Position numbers and translations under genes: made by a program
Assembly: GCA_015055815.1 (NCBI GenBank)
Contig: SVHM01000002.1
Coordinates: 172,296 to 236,295 of the forward strand
Direction of reading: 5' to 3'
DNA length: 64,000 bases
Source: Clostridiales bacterium
GTDB taxonomy: Bacteria > Bacillota > Clostridia > Christensenellales > UBA1242
The notes under the pieces: generated by a model
What the model was told of the DNA's origin: nothing
Database searches by the model: none
What the model saw: the letters and a program-made list of their open reading frames with translations, nothing else
Part shown: positions 39,146-47,647 of the stretch, piece by piece
Numbering within the stretch: the stretch's first letter is position 1
Layout: every line of letters starts with the position of its first letter

Positions 39146-39604
39146 TTACATTTCCATATTAGTTATTAACAAGTCAGTTTTGCTTTTAATAGTAGAAATA
39201 TCTCCAGCCAAATCTTCATGATGAACAAGTCTACAAACGTATCTAATATAATCAGCAACATCAAGTCTTAATGACAAATCTTTTTCATTAAAAGCACCTT
39301 CCAAAGTATCTTGTAAATGAGAAATTAAAAGTTCTTTTTCCATGTCATTTAATGAGCCTATAAACTCACTCGCCCTTGCAATATTTAACTTCTCATTATA
39401 CTCAGATGCCTTATAATTCTCGCCATACTTTTTATCTTTAGTCATAAGCGATTTATACTTACTAGCCTTGTATCCATCAACAATCGCTCTTTTAACAATA
39501 GATGAAATTTTTTTAATTTTTGCTTTAGGTGTAAGTTTCAAAAAATCATCAACTTCACCTTTAGCTAGTTCATTAGTTTTTGAAATCAATTCAACATAAT
39601 CCAT
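39146..39604 (-). CDS. hypothetical protein (152 aa), abuts uvrC
   Basis: Long ORF in operon position (stop directly adjacent to the uvrC ATG). No motif recognised. Confidence 0.6.
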   Translation of the reverse strand: MDYVELISKTNELAKGEVDDFLKLTPKAKIKKISSIVKRAIVDGYKASKYKSLMTKDKKYGENYKASEYNEKLNIARASEFIGSLNDMEKELLISHLQDTLEGAFNEKDLSLRLDVADYIRYVCRLVHHEDLAGDISTIKSKTDLLITNMEM

Positions 39605-39605
39605 A

Positions 39606-39779
39606 TTACCAATCCTGCCTTTTTAAAGTTCTATCTTTTACATCATCATAATACTCAAAATATTTATCTTTAAAATTAGAATTTTTTCCACTTAATTTTT
39701 CTAAATCTTCTACCGTAAAATCTGACATGGAAAACTCTTCCATAGTCTCAGCAAGTTTCATAAGTTCCCTTTCATTCAT
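39606..39779 (-). CDS. small acidic ORF (57 aa), below the ORF-track length cutoff
   Basis: Manual translation MNERELMKLAETMEEFSMSDFTVEDLEKLSGKNSNFKDKYFEYYDDVKDRTLKRQDW. Stop lies 1 nt before the next ATG. Its ATG overlaps (ATGA) the stop of the displaced rumA tail reading frame. Confidence 0.4.
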   Translation of the reverse strand: MNERELMKLAETMEEFSMSDFTVEDLEKLSGKNSNFKDKYFEYYDDVKDRTLKRQDW

Positions 39780-39823
39780 TTTATATTATCTCCCACAAGT
39801 TTTATATCAGCAATAATCTCAGT

Positions 39824-39967
39824 ATGTTTTGTAAATGAAAACATATATCCTTCGCTACGCTCTCAAGTATATGTTGCTCTCACGCCGAGAGCGATATCAA
39901 AACACTTCTCACACTTGTCTTTGCAAGCAAACAAGTGTTTCTACATGTTTTGTAAATGAAAACATAT
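39824..39967 (-). repeat. perfect 23-bp direct repeat (39824-39846 and 39945-39967) of the rumA-like gene 3' end, bracketing a 98-bp insert
   Basis: ATGTTTTGTAAATGAAAACATAT occurs twice; it is itself an inverted repeat ATGTTTT-n7-AAAACAT and encodes MFSFTKH on the minus strand. The insert is 43/98 G+C (hand count) with hairpins GCTCTC-acgcc-GAGAGC and ACACTTGT-n12-ACAAGTGT. Confidence 0.85.
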
Positions 39968-41045
39968 CGTATGGGTATATGTCAGTAAGCACGTAGTTAT
40001 TGTCATTTATAATATGTTTTATGTCTCTATAAGCAGTATCCGGGTTACAACTCATATAAACAATATTTCTTGGTTTTATTGATTTAATAGCATCAATAAC
40101 CTTAATATCAAGACCAGCTCTAGCGGGGTCTACAAACACCACCAAATCACCGTAATTATTAGTAGATATTTGACCTATTACATCTTCGCATTTTCCTGTC
40201 TTAAATTCTATATTTTTTATATCATTAATTTTTGCCATATATTTAGCATTATTAACTGCAGTTACAACTTCTTCACAAGAGATAACTTTCTTACAATTCT
40301 TTGCAAACAACATACTAGTAATTCCAATACCGCTATACAAATCTATCACCGTTGTGTTTTCATTTACTTGAAGTAACGACAAGGCTTTCTTATACATTTT
40401 TTGTGCGATAGGTAAATTGACTTGTAAAAAAGAATTTGGCTCAATACTAATATTAAACGAAAGGAAGTTAAACTTTAAAAATTTTTCCCCACCAACAAAC
40501 TTTGAAATACCATCTAAAACCATATTATCACTTCTTCTATTTATGTTAAGATATAGCGATACAGTCTTAAAATTTTCTTGTAATTTTTTAAGTAGCCAAT
40601 CACGTCCAGCAAAGTTATCAGTTGTAGCAACAATTGATAATTGAATGTTATCTTCTATACATCTTGCATGGGCATATTTTAACACTCCACCATTATATGA
40701 ATTAACAGCTCTCAATTTAAATCTTGATACCCATTCTTTCAAAATAGCGACAAGTTTATTTAACCAATTATCGAATAGCATACAACCATTTATGTCAACA
40801 ACTTTACTGCTACCATCTTTGAAAAAACCAATAAGCATTTTCCCTTTCAATTCATGAAAAACCAAATGCACTTTGTTCCTATATTTATAAGGATAAAAAT
40901 TCCCAACACACTTATGTACTTTTGCATCCAAACTGCTAAAGATATTTTTAATATCATTTGTTTTTTCTACAAGCAATTCTTCATAATCTTTTTCCAGCCC
41001 AACACATCCGCCACAATCTTTTTCAAATTTACATTTCATGACCAT
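39909..41045 (-). CDS. RumA/RlmD-family 23S rRNA (uracil-5-)-methyltransferase, TRAM-less, with N-terminal Fe-S cysteines
   Basis: CKFEKDCGGCVG cluster. SAM motif IDLYSGIGITS. FVDPARAG. Catalytic YMSCNP. C-terminal DMFSFTKHVET. Confidence 0.85.
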   Translation of the reverse strand: MVMKCKFEKDCGGCVGLEKDYEELLVEKTNDIKNIFSSLDAKVHKCVGNFYPYKYRNKVHLVFHELKGKMLIGFFKDGSSKVVDINGCMLFDNWLNKLVAILKEWVSRFKLRAVNSYNGGVLKYAHARCIEDNIQLSIVATTDNFAGRDWLLKKLQENFKTVSLYLNINRRSDNMVLDGISKFVGGEKFLKFNFLSFNISIEPNSFLQVNLPIAQKMYKKALSLLQVNENTTVIDLYSGIGITSMLFAKNCKKVISCEEVVTAVNNAKYMAKINDIKNIEFKTGKCEDVIGQISTNNYGDLVVFVDPARAGLDIKVIDAIKSIKPRNIVYMSCNPDTAYRDIKHIINDNNYVLTDIYPYDMFSFTKHVETLVCLQRQV

Positions 41046-42718
41046 TTACCCCCTTTGCTAATATGGGGTTTCCTTGAAATTTTTGTTTCTTCAACTTTTT
41101 CAATTTTAACTTCATCTTTTCCCTTATACTCATCATAGTTTCCACCAAACTTTGTTATTTTCTTATTATCCAACTCAAGTATTCCGGTCGCCAAATTATT
41201 AATAAAATACCTATCGTGAGAAACAAATAAAATAGTACCTTTAAATTTACTTAGCATCTCTTCAAGCACTTCTCTTGTGTAAATATCTATATGGTTTGTA
41301 GGTTCGTCAATAATTAAAAAATTAATATCCTTTTCAAGTAGACAGGCTAGTTTTACCCTTATTTTTTCACCACCACTAAGTTTACCTACCGACTTTTCAA
41401 CATCATCTTTATAGAAATCAAATTTAGCAAGTAAGCGCCTCGCTCCTTCTTCTTTAAGTTCGGTATTGTTAGTTACATATGAAAGTATACTTTCTTTTTC
41501 CTTTTCAAAAACAAGAAGTTGCGGTAAGTATCCAACAGTTATACTACTTCCTATTTTAATTTCACCCTGATAATCAATTTCACCCAATAAACTTTTGATT
41601 AAAGTAGTTTTCCCACCACCATTTTTGCCGATTAACGCCAACTTCTCTCCATGCAATATATCCAAATTAATTGAGTTTAAAATGTTTCTATCGCCATATG
41701 TCACATTTAAGCCTTTTACCTTTACAACTTCATTCCCACCCCTATTTGAAGTCTTACAAGAAAGCTTAAGCTCTTTTCGACTATTTGGTTTTGAAACAGC
41801 AACTTCTTCCATTGCATCTATTCTTTTTTGAATTGCCTTTGCCCTTCTAAACATTGTTGGATTGTCAGATTTTCTGCCCCACTCATAAAGCCTTTCAACT
41901 GCTTTTTTAAGTTCAGCAATTTTCTTTTGTTCGTTTTTGTACTGTTCAAATTGTCTTAGTTCTTTTGCTTCTTTTTCTTTTACAAAATATGAATAATTAC
42001 CTTCATATTTTTCACCGCTATCTTCAATATCAATTATCCTATTTACCACTTTATCTAAAAAATACCTATCGTGAGATACAATCACGACCCCACCCTTAAA
42101 TCTCTGTATATACGATTGAAGCCATTCAATTCTATCAATATCCAAATGATTTGTCGGCTCATCTAAAAGAAGTAATCGTGGCGACATTAAAAGTATTCGT
42201 GCAAAATGCACAATCGTTTTTTCACCACCGCTAAGGGTATTATATTTTGCTTTTCGTATATTTTCGTTTATCCTTAAACCATTAGCAACATAGTTAATTG
42301 TATTTTCTACTTCATACCCACCATCTTCTATAAACTCATTTAACATATCACTATATTTATTAATAAGTTTATCTAAATCATTTCCAGATAGTGTAGCCAT
42401 TTTTTCAGCCATTTTATCAATTGTTTTCTGTCTCTCAAATAACTTTTCAAAACAACTTTTAAATATTTCTTCAACCACTCTATCATCATCCAAATCTGGC
42501 GCTGTTTGTTCAAGATATCCAACCGTTGTATTTTTAGCTAGAGTAATCGAACCTTTAAAGTTTTCTTTACCCGCAATCATTTTTAAAATTGTACTTTTCC
42601 CACTGCCATTCCTACCAACAAGACCTACAACATCACCATCATCAACAGAAAAAGAAATGTCCGAAAAAACATCTCCAAATCCAAAATTTTTACTAACCTT
42701 AAAAACGTCCAATATCAT
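41036..42718 (-). CDS. ABC-F family ATPase (two ABC domains, no TMD)
   Basis: Walker A GRNGSGKST and GKNGGGKTT. Signatures LSGGEKT / LSGGEKI. Charged inter-domain linker. Confidence 0.9.
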   Translation of the reverse strand: MILDVFKVSKNFGFGDVFSDISFSVDDGDVVGLVGRNGSGKSTILKMIAGKENFKGSITLAKNTTVGYLEQTAPDLDDDRVVEEIFKSCFEKLFERQKTIDKMAEKMATLSGNDLDKLINKYSDMLNEFIEDGGYEVENTINYVANGLRINENIRKAKYNTLSGGEKTIVHFARILLMSPRLLLLDEPTNHLDIDRIEWLQSYIQRFKGGVVIVSHDRYFLDKVVNRIIDIEDSGEKYEGNYSYFVKEKEAKELRQFEQYKNEQKKIAELKKAVERLYEWGRKSDNPTMFRRAKAIQKRIDAMEEVAVSKPNSRKELKLSCKTSNRGGNEVVKVKGLNVTYGDRNILNSINLDILHGEKLALIGKNGGGKTTLIKSLLGEIDYQGEIKIGSSITVGYLPQLLVFEKEKESILSYVTNNTELKEEGARRLLAKFDFYKDDVEKSVGKLSGGEKIRVKLACLLEKDINFLIIDEPTNHIDIYTREVLEEMLSKFKGTILFVSHDRYFINNLATGILELDNKKITKFGGNYDEYKGKDEVKIEKVEETKISRKPHISKGGKWS

Positions 42719-42735
42719 AAAAGTCTCCTAAATTT

Positions 42736-42763
42736 ATTGTAACACATAATTAGTCGATTGCAA
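42736..42763 (-). promoter_or_regulatory. sigma-A-type promoter for the ABC-F/rumA/uvrC transcription unit
   Basis: Minus strand: TTGCAA, 16-nt spacer ending in TGT, TACAAT. AGGAGA RBS. Short leader with no attenuator. Confidence 0.45.
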
Positions 42764-42773
42764 ATACTATTTA

Positions 42774-42815
42774 TAAAAAAAACTGTATTACAATTGTAAT
42801 ACAGTCTATTTTTTA
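42774..42815. terminator. intrinsic terminator after the GLUG lipoprotein gene
   Basis: 24-nt perfect palindrome ACTGTATTACAATTGTAATACAGT flanked by A8 and a T-run. Confidence 0.7.
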
Positions 42816-45464
42816 ATTACTTTTATAAGTTAAATATAATATGAAGTTTTCACCCGAATTATCATCAACATAACTTGTTATATGAGACAAATCAAATCTA
42901 AATGAATATTTCTTCTCAGGCATAATAAGGGTAAATAGAACATATCTTAATTTGTTAACGCTAGTCTCTTCTTCTCCTTCAGTAGTTGTAGTATCACCGC
43001 TTATAACGCCGTCTTCAGTTATTTCCTGTGAGAATTGATTATATCTATTTACAACAACATTATCAGCATTCAAAGCAAAGTTTTTTGCTAATGTACACTT
43101 TATAAAACTAATAAACAATTCCGAATACTCACCAAGTAAAACTTCTGCCTTATCTTCTTCACTCTCTTCGCCATCAGTAGTTTCTTCTTCATCTTCTTGA
43201 ATGCCAGCTTGACCGCTTTGTTCTTCTACTGGAGCATCACCATTTCCGCCTTCTTGAGTTGTATCATCTGGAGTAGGAGTTTCTTCATTTCCTTCCGATC
43301 CACTACCCATAATGTCTTCAATAACATAGTCAAGAGTTGCCATATTATCAAAACAACTTCTATTAAATACAAGAGCCGTATCAGTTGATACATTTTTTTC
43401 GATTAAGTTCACAAAGAAACTTAAAAGCTCATCTGTATAATTAACTTGAACATTACTATCTGCACCTTGTTTTAATTCAAAGAATTTATCAAAGTTATCA
43501 TATATATTATTTTGTTTCTTAGTTGTAAAATAACCAAGTCGTGCTTTTTCTTCGTCAAGAGTAAATTTAATTTCTTCAACTTTTTTAGAATACAAATCTA
43601 CTTCATCTATTCCAGCGCCACACTTAAAACCAATATTGCTTCTAAAGAAAGGTACAAAACCACTTGCCACAAGATTTTTGGTAGATATGCTTGAATAATC
43701 CGGCACAGGATAATCATTATCTATAGCACCGTCTACCTTAACGGTATTTTTGTATTTTTTATAAACAATACCTTCTTCTGTATTTTCCCAATCATCTGAA
43801 ACAACATAAATTGATTTAAATATTTGCGGAGCAACAACTGTATAATCAATTGTCTCCGTTACCGTATCATCGTCTTCTTCACCTTCTTCTCCAACTGATG
43901 GGTCTACAGTTGTATTTATAGTTCCCCAGCTAAATGGATTTCCAAGTCCATAATTTAAGGAAACATCCATAGCTCCGTCACCATCAATAATATTCTCACC
44001 CATTACAATAACACCTTGCATATGCGGTGCTTTATACGCTGAATATGTCATTTTATCATTTGGATTTCCACCAACAGAACCAGAAGAGTCTGTTTCAAAC
44101 TTAGTAAGAGTTCCAACCCAAACACTAGCTTTTCCTTCAATTGTTGTATTATCAATATTAATAGGGGTATATACTACTGCAGACTTAATATAACCATATT
44201 CGGTAATACCTATCATATTAGAAGCAGTTGTTGATACAGAGTTAACAACATTAATACTTCCCCTACTAATGATATTATCAAAAATACCGAAGTGATTTTT
44301 TCCACAAATACCGCCTAATGTTGACACACCAGCATTTTTGATATCAATCTTTGCATCACTTGTACAGTAATCAACAATACCGCCATCATTATAACCAACA
44401 ATACCGCCTACAACTATAGGATCGTTGTCTATTCTACCAAATTCATAATCGAAAGCAATATTTGCGTCAGTTTTACAGTTTCTAAGTTCCGCCACCAAGC
44501 CATTCTTTCCGCAAATTCCACCAATATAATAGCCATTTCTACTACTTATTGGTCTTACTCTTGACATTAGTTTTCCAGTAGATGTACAAGTAGACATAAA
44601 GCCATTATTTTCACCCACTATCAAACCAACATTTGCAATATATGACGACAATTCATCAATTACAACATCACTATTACAATTATATGCAGTTGCTCCTTTA
44701 TTAAATGTAGAAACAACTCCACCAATATTGGTTTCAGTATTAACAGACGCATATTCATCCATGGTAATTTTACCATAAACAGTAATATCACTAAGAATTT
44801 GTGTTGATTGCTTATCTAAAACATTACCTTCGCCACTAAGTCCAAACTTAGAAATATCTCCCGAACATAATGAAACGTCTAAACTAGCACTACTTCCGCC
44901 CGCTTTCTTTATTAAATCAAGCCAGCCTTTAACTTCAATATTTTCAATCTTTAAAGTATTAACAAACGGACTAATTGTTGTCTTGCCAGTATTTTCAAAA
45001 GTGTACGATTGTTTACCCATGAAAATTCTTAAATCATATACGGCATTACCATTATAGAAAAGGCTGTTAACAATGTCGTTACTATCACCAGTTGGAACTT
45101 GCGCCAATTTAAAGTTGGTAATGTACTTATTATTTCCATAAAGTGTACCATTTTTTAAATTAATAGCAATTGCTTTGCCACCACAGTCGATATTTTTCGT
45201 AAGTTTATACGAAGTTGGAGTATCTCCCGCTTCTTCTATCTTCTTTGCAAGATCATCCAGACTTGATACTTCTTGAACATTCGCATCTTGAATAACTCTA
45301 GTTGATGGATCAGCCTTTTCATAAATAGTTTCCCATGTAGAAATAACTTGGTCACCATCAAGGTCAACAGACACCCTATCATTATTTTTACCACACGCAA
45401 AAAGAGATGTTGTCATAAACATCAACATTATACACAAACAAATTTTTTTCCAAAATTTCATCAT
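42813..45464 (-). CDS. surface lipoprotein with GLUG-motif repeats and an acidic low-complexity linker
   Basis: Lipobox SLFACG. Repeated GGICGKN / GGIVGYNDGGI / GGICGKNHFGI (GLUG-type). Glu/Asp/Thr-rich tract near the C-terminus. Confidence 0.75.
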   Translation of the reverse strand: MMKFWKKICLCIMLMFMTTSLFACGKNNDRVSVDLDGDQVISTWETIYEKADPSTRVIQDANVQEVSSLDDLAKKIEEAGDTPTSYKLTKNIDCGGKAIAINLKNGTLYGNNKYITNFKLAQVPTGDSNDIVNSLFYNGNAVYDLRIFMGKQSYTFENTGKTTISPFVNTLKIENIEVKGWLDLIKKAGGSSASLDVSLCSGDISKFGLSGEGNVLDKQSTQILSDITVYGKITMDEYASVNTETNIGGVVSTFNKGATAYNCNSDVVIDELSSYIANVGLIVGENNGFMSTCTSTGKLMSRVRPISSRNGYYIGGICGKNGLVAELRNCKTDANIAFDYEFGRIDNDPIVVGGIVGYNDGGIVDYCTSDAKIDIKNAGVSTLGGICGKNHFGIFDNIISRGSINVVNSVSTTASNMIGITEYGYIKSAVVYTPINIDNTTIEGKASVWVGTLTKFETDSSGSVGGNPNDKMTYSAYKAPHMQGVIVMGENIIDGDGAMDVSLNYGLGNPFSWGTINTTVDPSVGEEGEEDDDTVTETIDYTVVAPQIFKSIYVVSDDWENTEEGIVYKKYKNTVKVDGAIDNDYPVPDYSSISTKNLVASGFVPFFRSNIGFKCGAGIDEVDLYSKKVEEIKFTLDEEKARLGYFTTKKQNNIYDNFDKFFELKQGADSNVQVNYTDELLSFFVNLIEKNVSTDTALVFNRSCFDNMATLDYVIEDIMGSGSEGNEETPTPDDTTQEGGNGDAPVEEQSGQAGIQEDEEETTDGEESEEDKAEVLLGEYSELFISFIKCTLAKNFALNADNVVVNRYNQFSQEITEDGVISGDTTTTEGEEETSVNKLRYVLFTLIMPEKKYSFRFDLSHITSYVDDNSGENFILYLTYKSN

Positions 45465-45652
45465 AAACTACCTACTTATCATTAGTATTTGTAGAAAGTG
45501 AATTATTATTTTAATAATATTACTATTTATTTTAATAAATAAACAACTATTAGTCAAATAATTTTATAGTAAATAATATTTAAATGTTCAATATAATTGA
45601 CCAGAAAAATTTTTTTTGTTAAACTTAATCTATCAACAAAGGAGATGAGAAA

Positions 45653-46654
45653 ATGTCAAAAGGAAAGAAATTTTTAATTATACTTATTCTAATTCTTGTC
45701 GTTGCAGTTGCTGGAGTTATTACATATTTCGTTGTTCAAAACAAAAGAAATAAAACTGCAGAAACAGTAATGATTTGCGAAGTAAACCCACAAGTTCAGT
45801 TCTTACTAAATAAAAATGACAAAGTTATGTCAGCTATTGCTCTTAACGAAGAAGGACAACAACTACTTGTCAAGGCTGAATTTGAAGGTAAAACTGCCGA
45901 TGAAGCATCAAAATTATTTATTCAACTTGCAGTTGAAGCAGGTTATGTTGAACTATCCACAACAGGAACTCAAGTGTCGGTAGATTTCAGCGGACTTAAA
46001 GATAATTACGATGAACTAAAATCATCAGTTACCAATTCAATTAACAGTTACTTTGATGAAAACGGCATAATTGCTGGTGCAGTAGCAACAGTTACAGACG
46101 ACCTAAAAACAGCAATAAACAATGTTAAAACAACTACTGAAGATTTGACTGTAAAAAGCGAACAAGAACTTCTTGAAACTTATAAAAAGACAGCTGATGA
46201 CATGGCAGGAATATCTGCTACATTGAGAGCAAAATTCTTCGAAGCTTTAGATTTGCTAGAAAAACAACTTGAAGCATCAGTAACAAGCCTAGAAGCAACA
46301 ATTAAAGAATATGAAGACAAAGTTGCCGAAGCACAAAAAGCAGTTGATGAAGCACCAGAACTTTTAAAAGAGTCTCTTCAATACACTTTAGATTTGGCTC
46401 AAGAAAGCCTTACTTCAGCAAAAAACAAACTAAATGAAGCTGAAGACAAATTCCAAAAAGATATAAAAGAAACAAAAGAAAGTTATGTTAAACAAAGTGA
46501 GGCTGTATTTAAAGAACTAAAAGACAAAATCAATTCAGCAATTGAAAACAATAAAACTGCACTTGAAGCACACAGACAAGCAATTGCAGAAAATAAAGCA
46601 GACGTTCAAGCTAAGATTGATGAGTACAGAAAAACTTTAACAACTAATGAATAA
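45653..46654 (+). CDS. membrane-anchored coiled-coil protein
   Basis: N-terminal TM (FLIILILILVVAVAGVITYFVV). The juxtamembrane segment EVNPQVQFLLNKNDKVMSAIALNEEGQ...GY resembles the post-TM module of clostridial anti-sigma-domain proteins. Ala/Glu/Lys-rich helical C-terminus. Confidence 0.65.
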   Translation: MSKGKKFLIILILILVVAVAGVITYFVVQNKRNKTAETVMICEVNPQVQFLLNKNDKVMSAIALNEEGQQLLVKAEFEGKTADEASKLFIQLAVEAGYVELSTTGTQVSVDFSGLKDNYDELKSSVTNSINSYFDENGIIAGAVATVTDDLKTAINNVKTTTEDLTVKSEQELLETYKKTADDMAGISATLRAKFFEALDLLEKQLEASVTSLEATIKEYEDKVAEAQKAVDEAPELLKESLQYTLDLAQESLTSAKNKLNEAEDKFQKDIKETKESYVKQSEAVFKELKDKINSAIENNKTALEAHRQAIAENKADVQAKIDEYRKTLTTNE

Positions 46655-46655
46655 C

Positions 46656-46677
46656 ATTAGGTGCGAAAGCACCTAAT
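46656..46677 (+). other. 9-bp stem / GAAA tetraloop hairpin between the CDS stop and the tRNA
   Basis: ATTAGGTGC-GAAA-GCACCTAAT. No U-tract. Ends 4 nt before the tRNA 5' end. Confidence 0.6.
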
Positions 46678-46681
46678 ACTT

Positions 46682-46757
46682 GCTGATGTAGCTCAGTCGG
46701 TAGAGCAACAGATTCGTAATCTGTAGGTCGTGAGTTCGATTCTCACCATCAGCTCCA
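46682..46757 (+). tRNA. tRNA-Thr (anticodon CGT)
   Basis: Hand-folded cloverleaf. Acceptor GCTGATG/CATCAGC. D arm GCTC/GAGC. Anticodon arm ACAGA-TTCGTAA-TCTGT. T arm GTGAG-TTCGATT-CTCAC. Encoded CCA. Confidence 0.9.
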
Positions 46758-46763
46758 AACATG

Positions 46764-46794
46764 AAAAAAGTGCTAAAATTTAGCACTTTTTTTT
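46764..46794. terminator. bidirectional intrinsic terminator
   Basis: GTGCTA-aaatt-TAGCAC flanked by A6 and T8. Confidence 0.7.
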
Positions 46795-47521
46795 ACATTG
46801 ACATTTGATCTATATCTTCTAGTGACTTAAATACTATGTCTGGCAAAGGTTTATTTGTAGGATTTGCAGTATAAACTTGAGCATAATCTTGCATCTTTTC
46901 TAACCACAACTCTTCAGTCCTTTCTTGCTCACGAAGAGTATAACCATTTGGTGCTTGATTTCTATCTTTTACGAAATCATACATATCTTGACCACCAATT
47001 TGCAAAATCGCTTGCATTTGCTCTTCTGTATAATAAAGTCCAGATGGGTCTATAGCCGGGTTGTAATTTGGATTTTCATAAAAATCTCCTTCAAGCCTAT
47101 CACAATAAATCCCCGACACCAATGACTTTGTAATACCTATTTTCATATTGCCATTATTATCTTGCTTTTTCACAAAGAAAGGCAATGGAAAATCCATACC
47201 CACTTGACCATTTTCCAATGTGTATTGCTCCAAAGCCAAATATTGTTTTGGGATTTTTAACACAGTTATAAAATCATTTTGCGGATTAGCTTTACGAAAG
47301 TTTTCTACAACTTCTTTTATTCCACCAGCACAACTTTCAACATAACCTTCTTCCACTTGAGCGACATCTTGTCTACCATTTAATGTAAAGCTTCCATCCA
47401 TTACAAGACCAGCTTTCATTATATCTTCAACAACTTCTTTTAATTGTTCATCTGTTAAATTTTTATCAGCAATAGACTTTGAACATAAAAAATATATATA
47501 TTTTTCTTCATTGTTATACAT
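46793..47521 (-). CDS. hypothetical protein (242 aa)
   Basis: Long ORF with AAGGAG RBS. No motif recognised. Confidence 0.6.
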   Translation of the reverse strand: MYNNEEKYIYFLCSKSIADKNLTDEQLKEVVEDIMKAGLVMDGSFTLNGRQDVAQVEEGYVESCAGGIKEVVENFRKANPQNDFITVLKIPKQYLALEQYTLENGQVGMDFPLPFFVKKQDNNGNMKIGITKSLVSGIYCDRLEGDFYENPNYNPAIDPSGLYYTEEQMQAILQIGGQDMYDFVKDRNQAPNGYTLREQERTEELWLEKMQDYAQVYTANPTNKPLPDIVFKSLEDIDQMSM

Positions 47522-47647
47522 ATTAGTACTCCTTAATAATTTTATAATAACACCATAGGAACACTTATGTCAAATCATTCAAACGCTTTTGTTTTTATAA
47601 TAATTATGTTATAATAGCCAAAATATTAAATTAAAAGGCGTGTTTTC

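Noticed and set aside
41036-42812. ABC-F ATPase as an attenuator-controlled antibiotic-resistance gene
   Set aside because: The leader is short: promoter, then AGGAGA, then ATG. There is no uORF or terminator, so it is more consistent with a constitutive housekeeping ABC-F.
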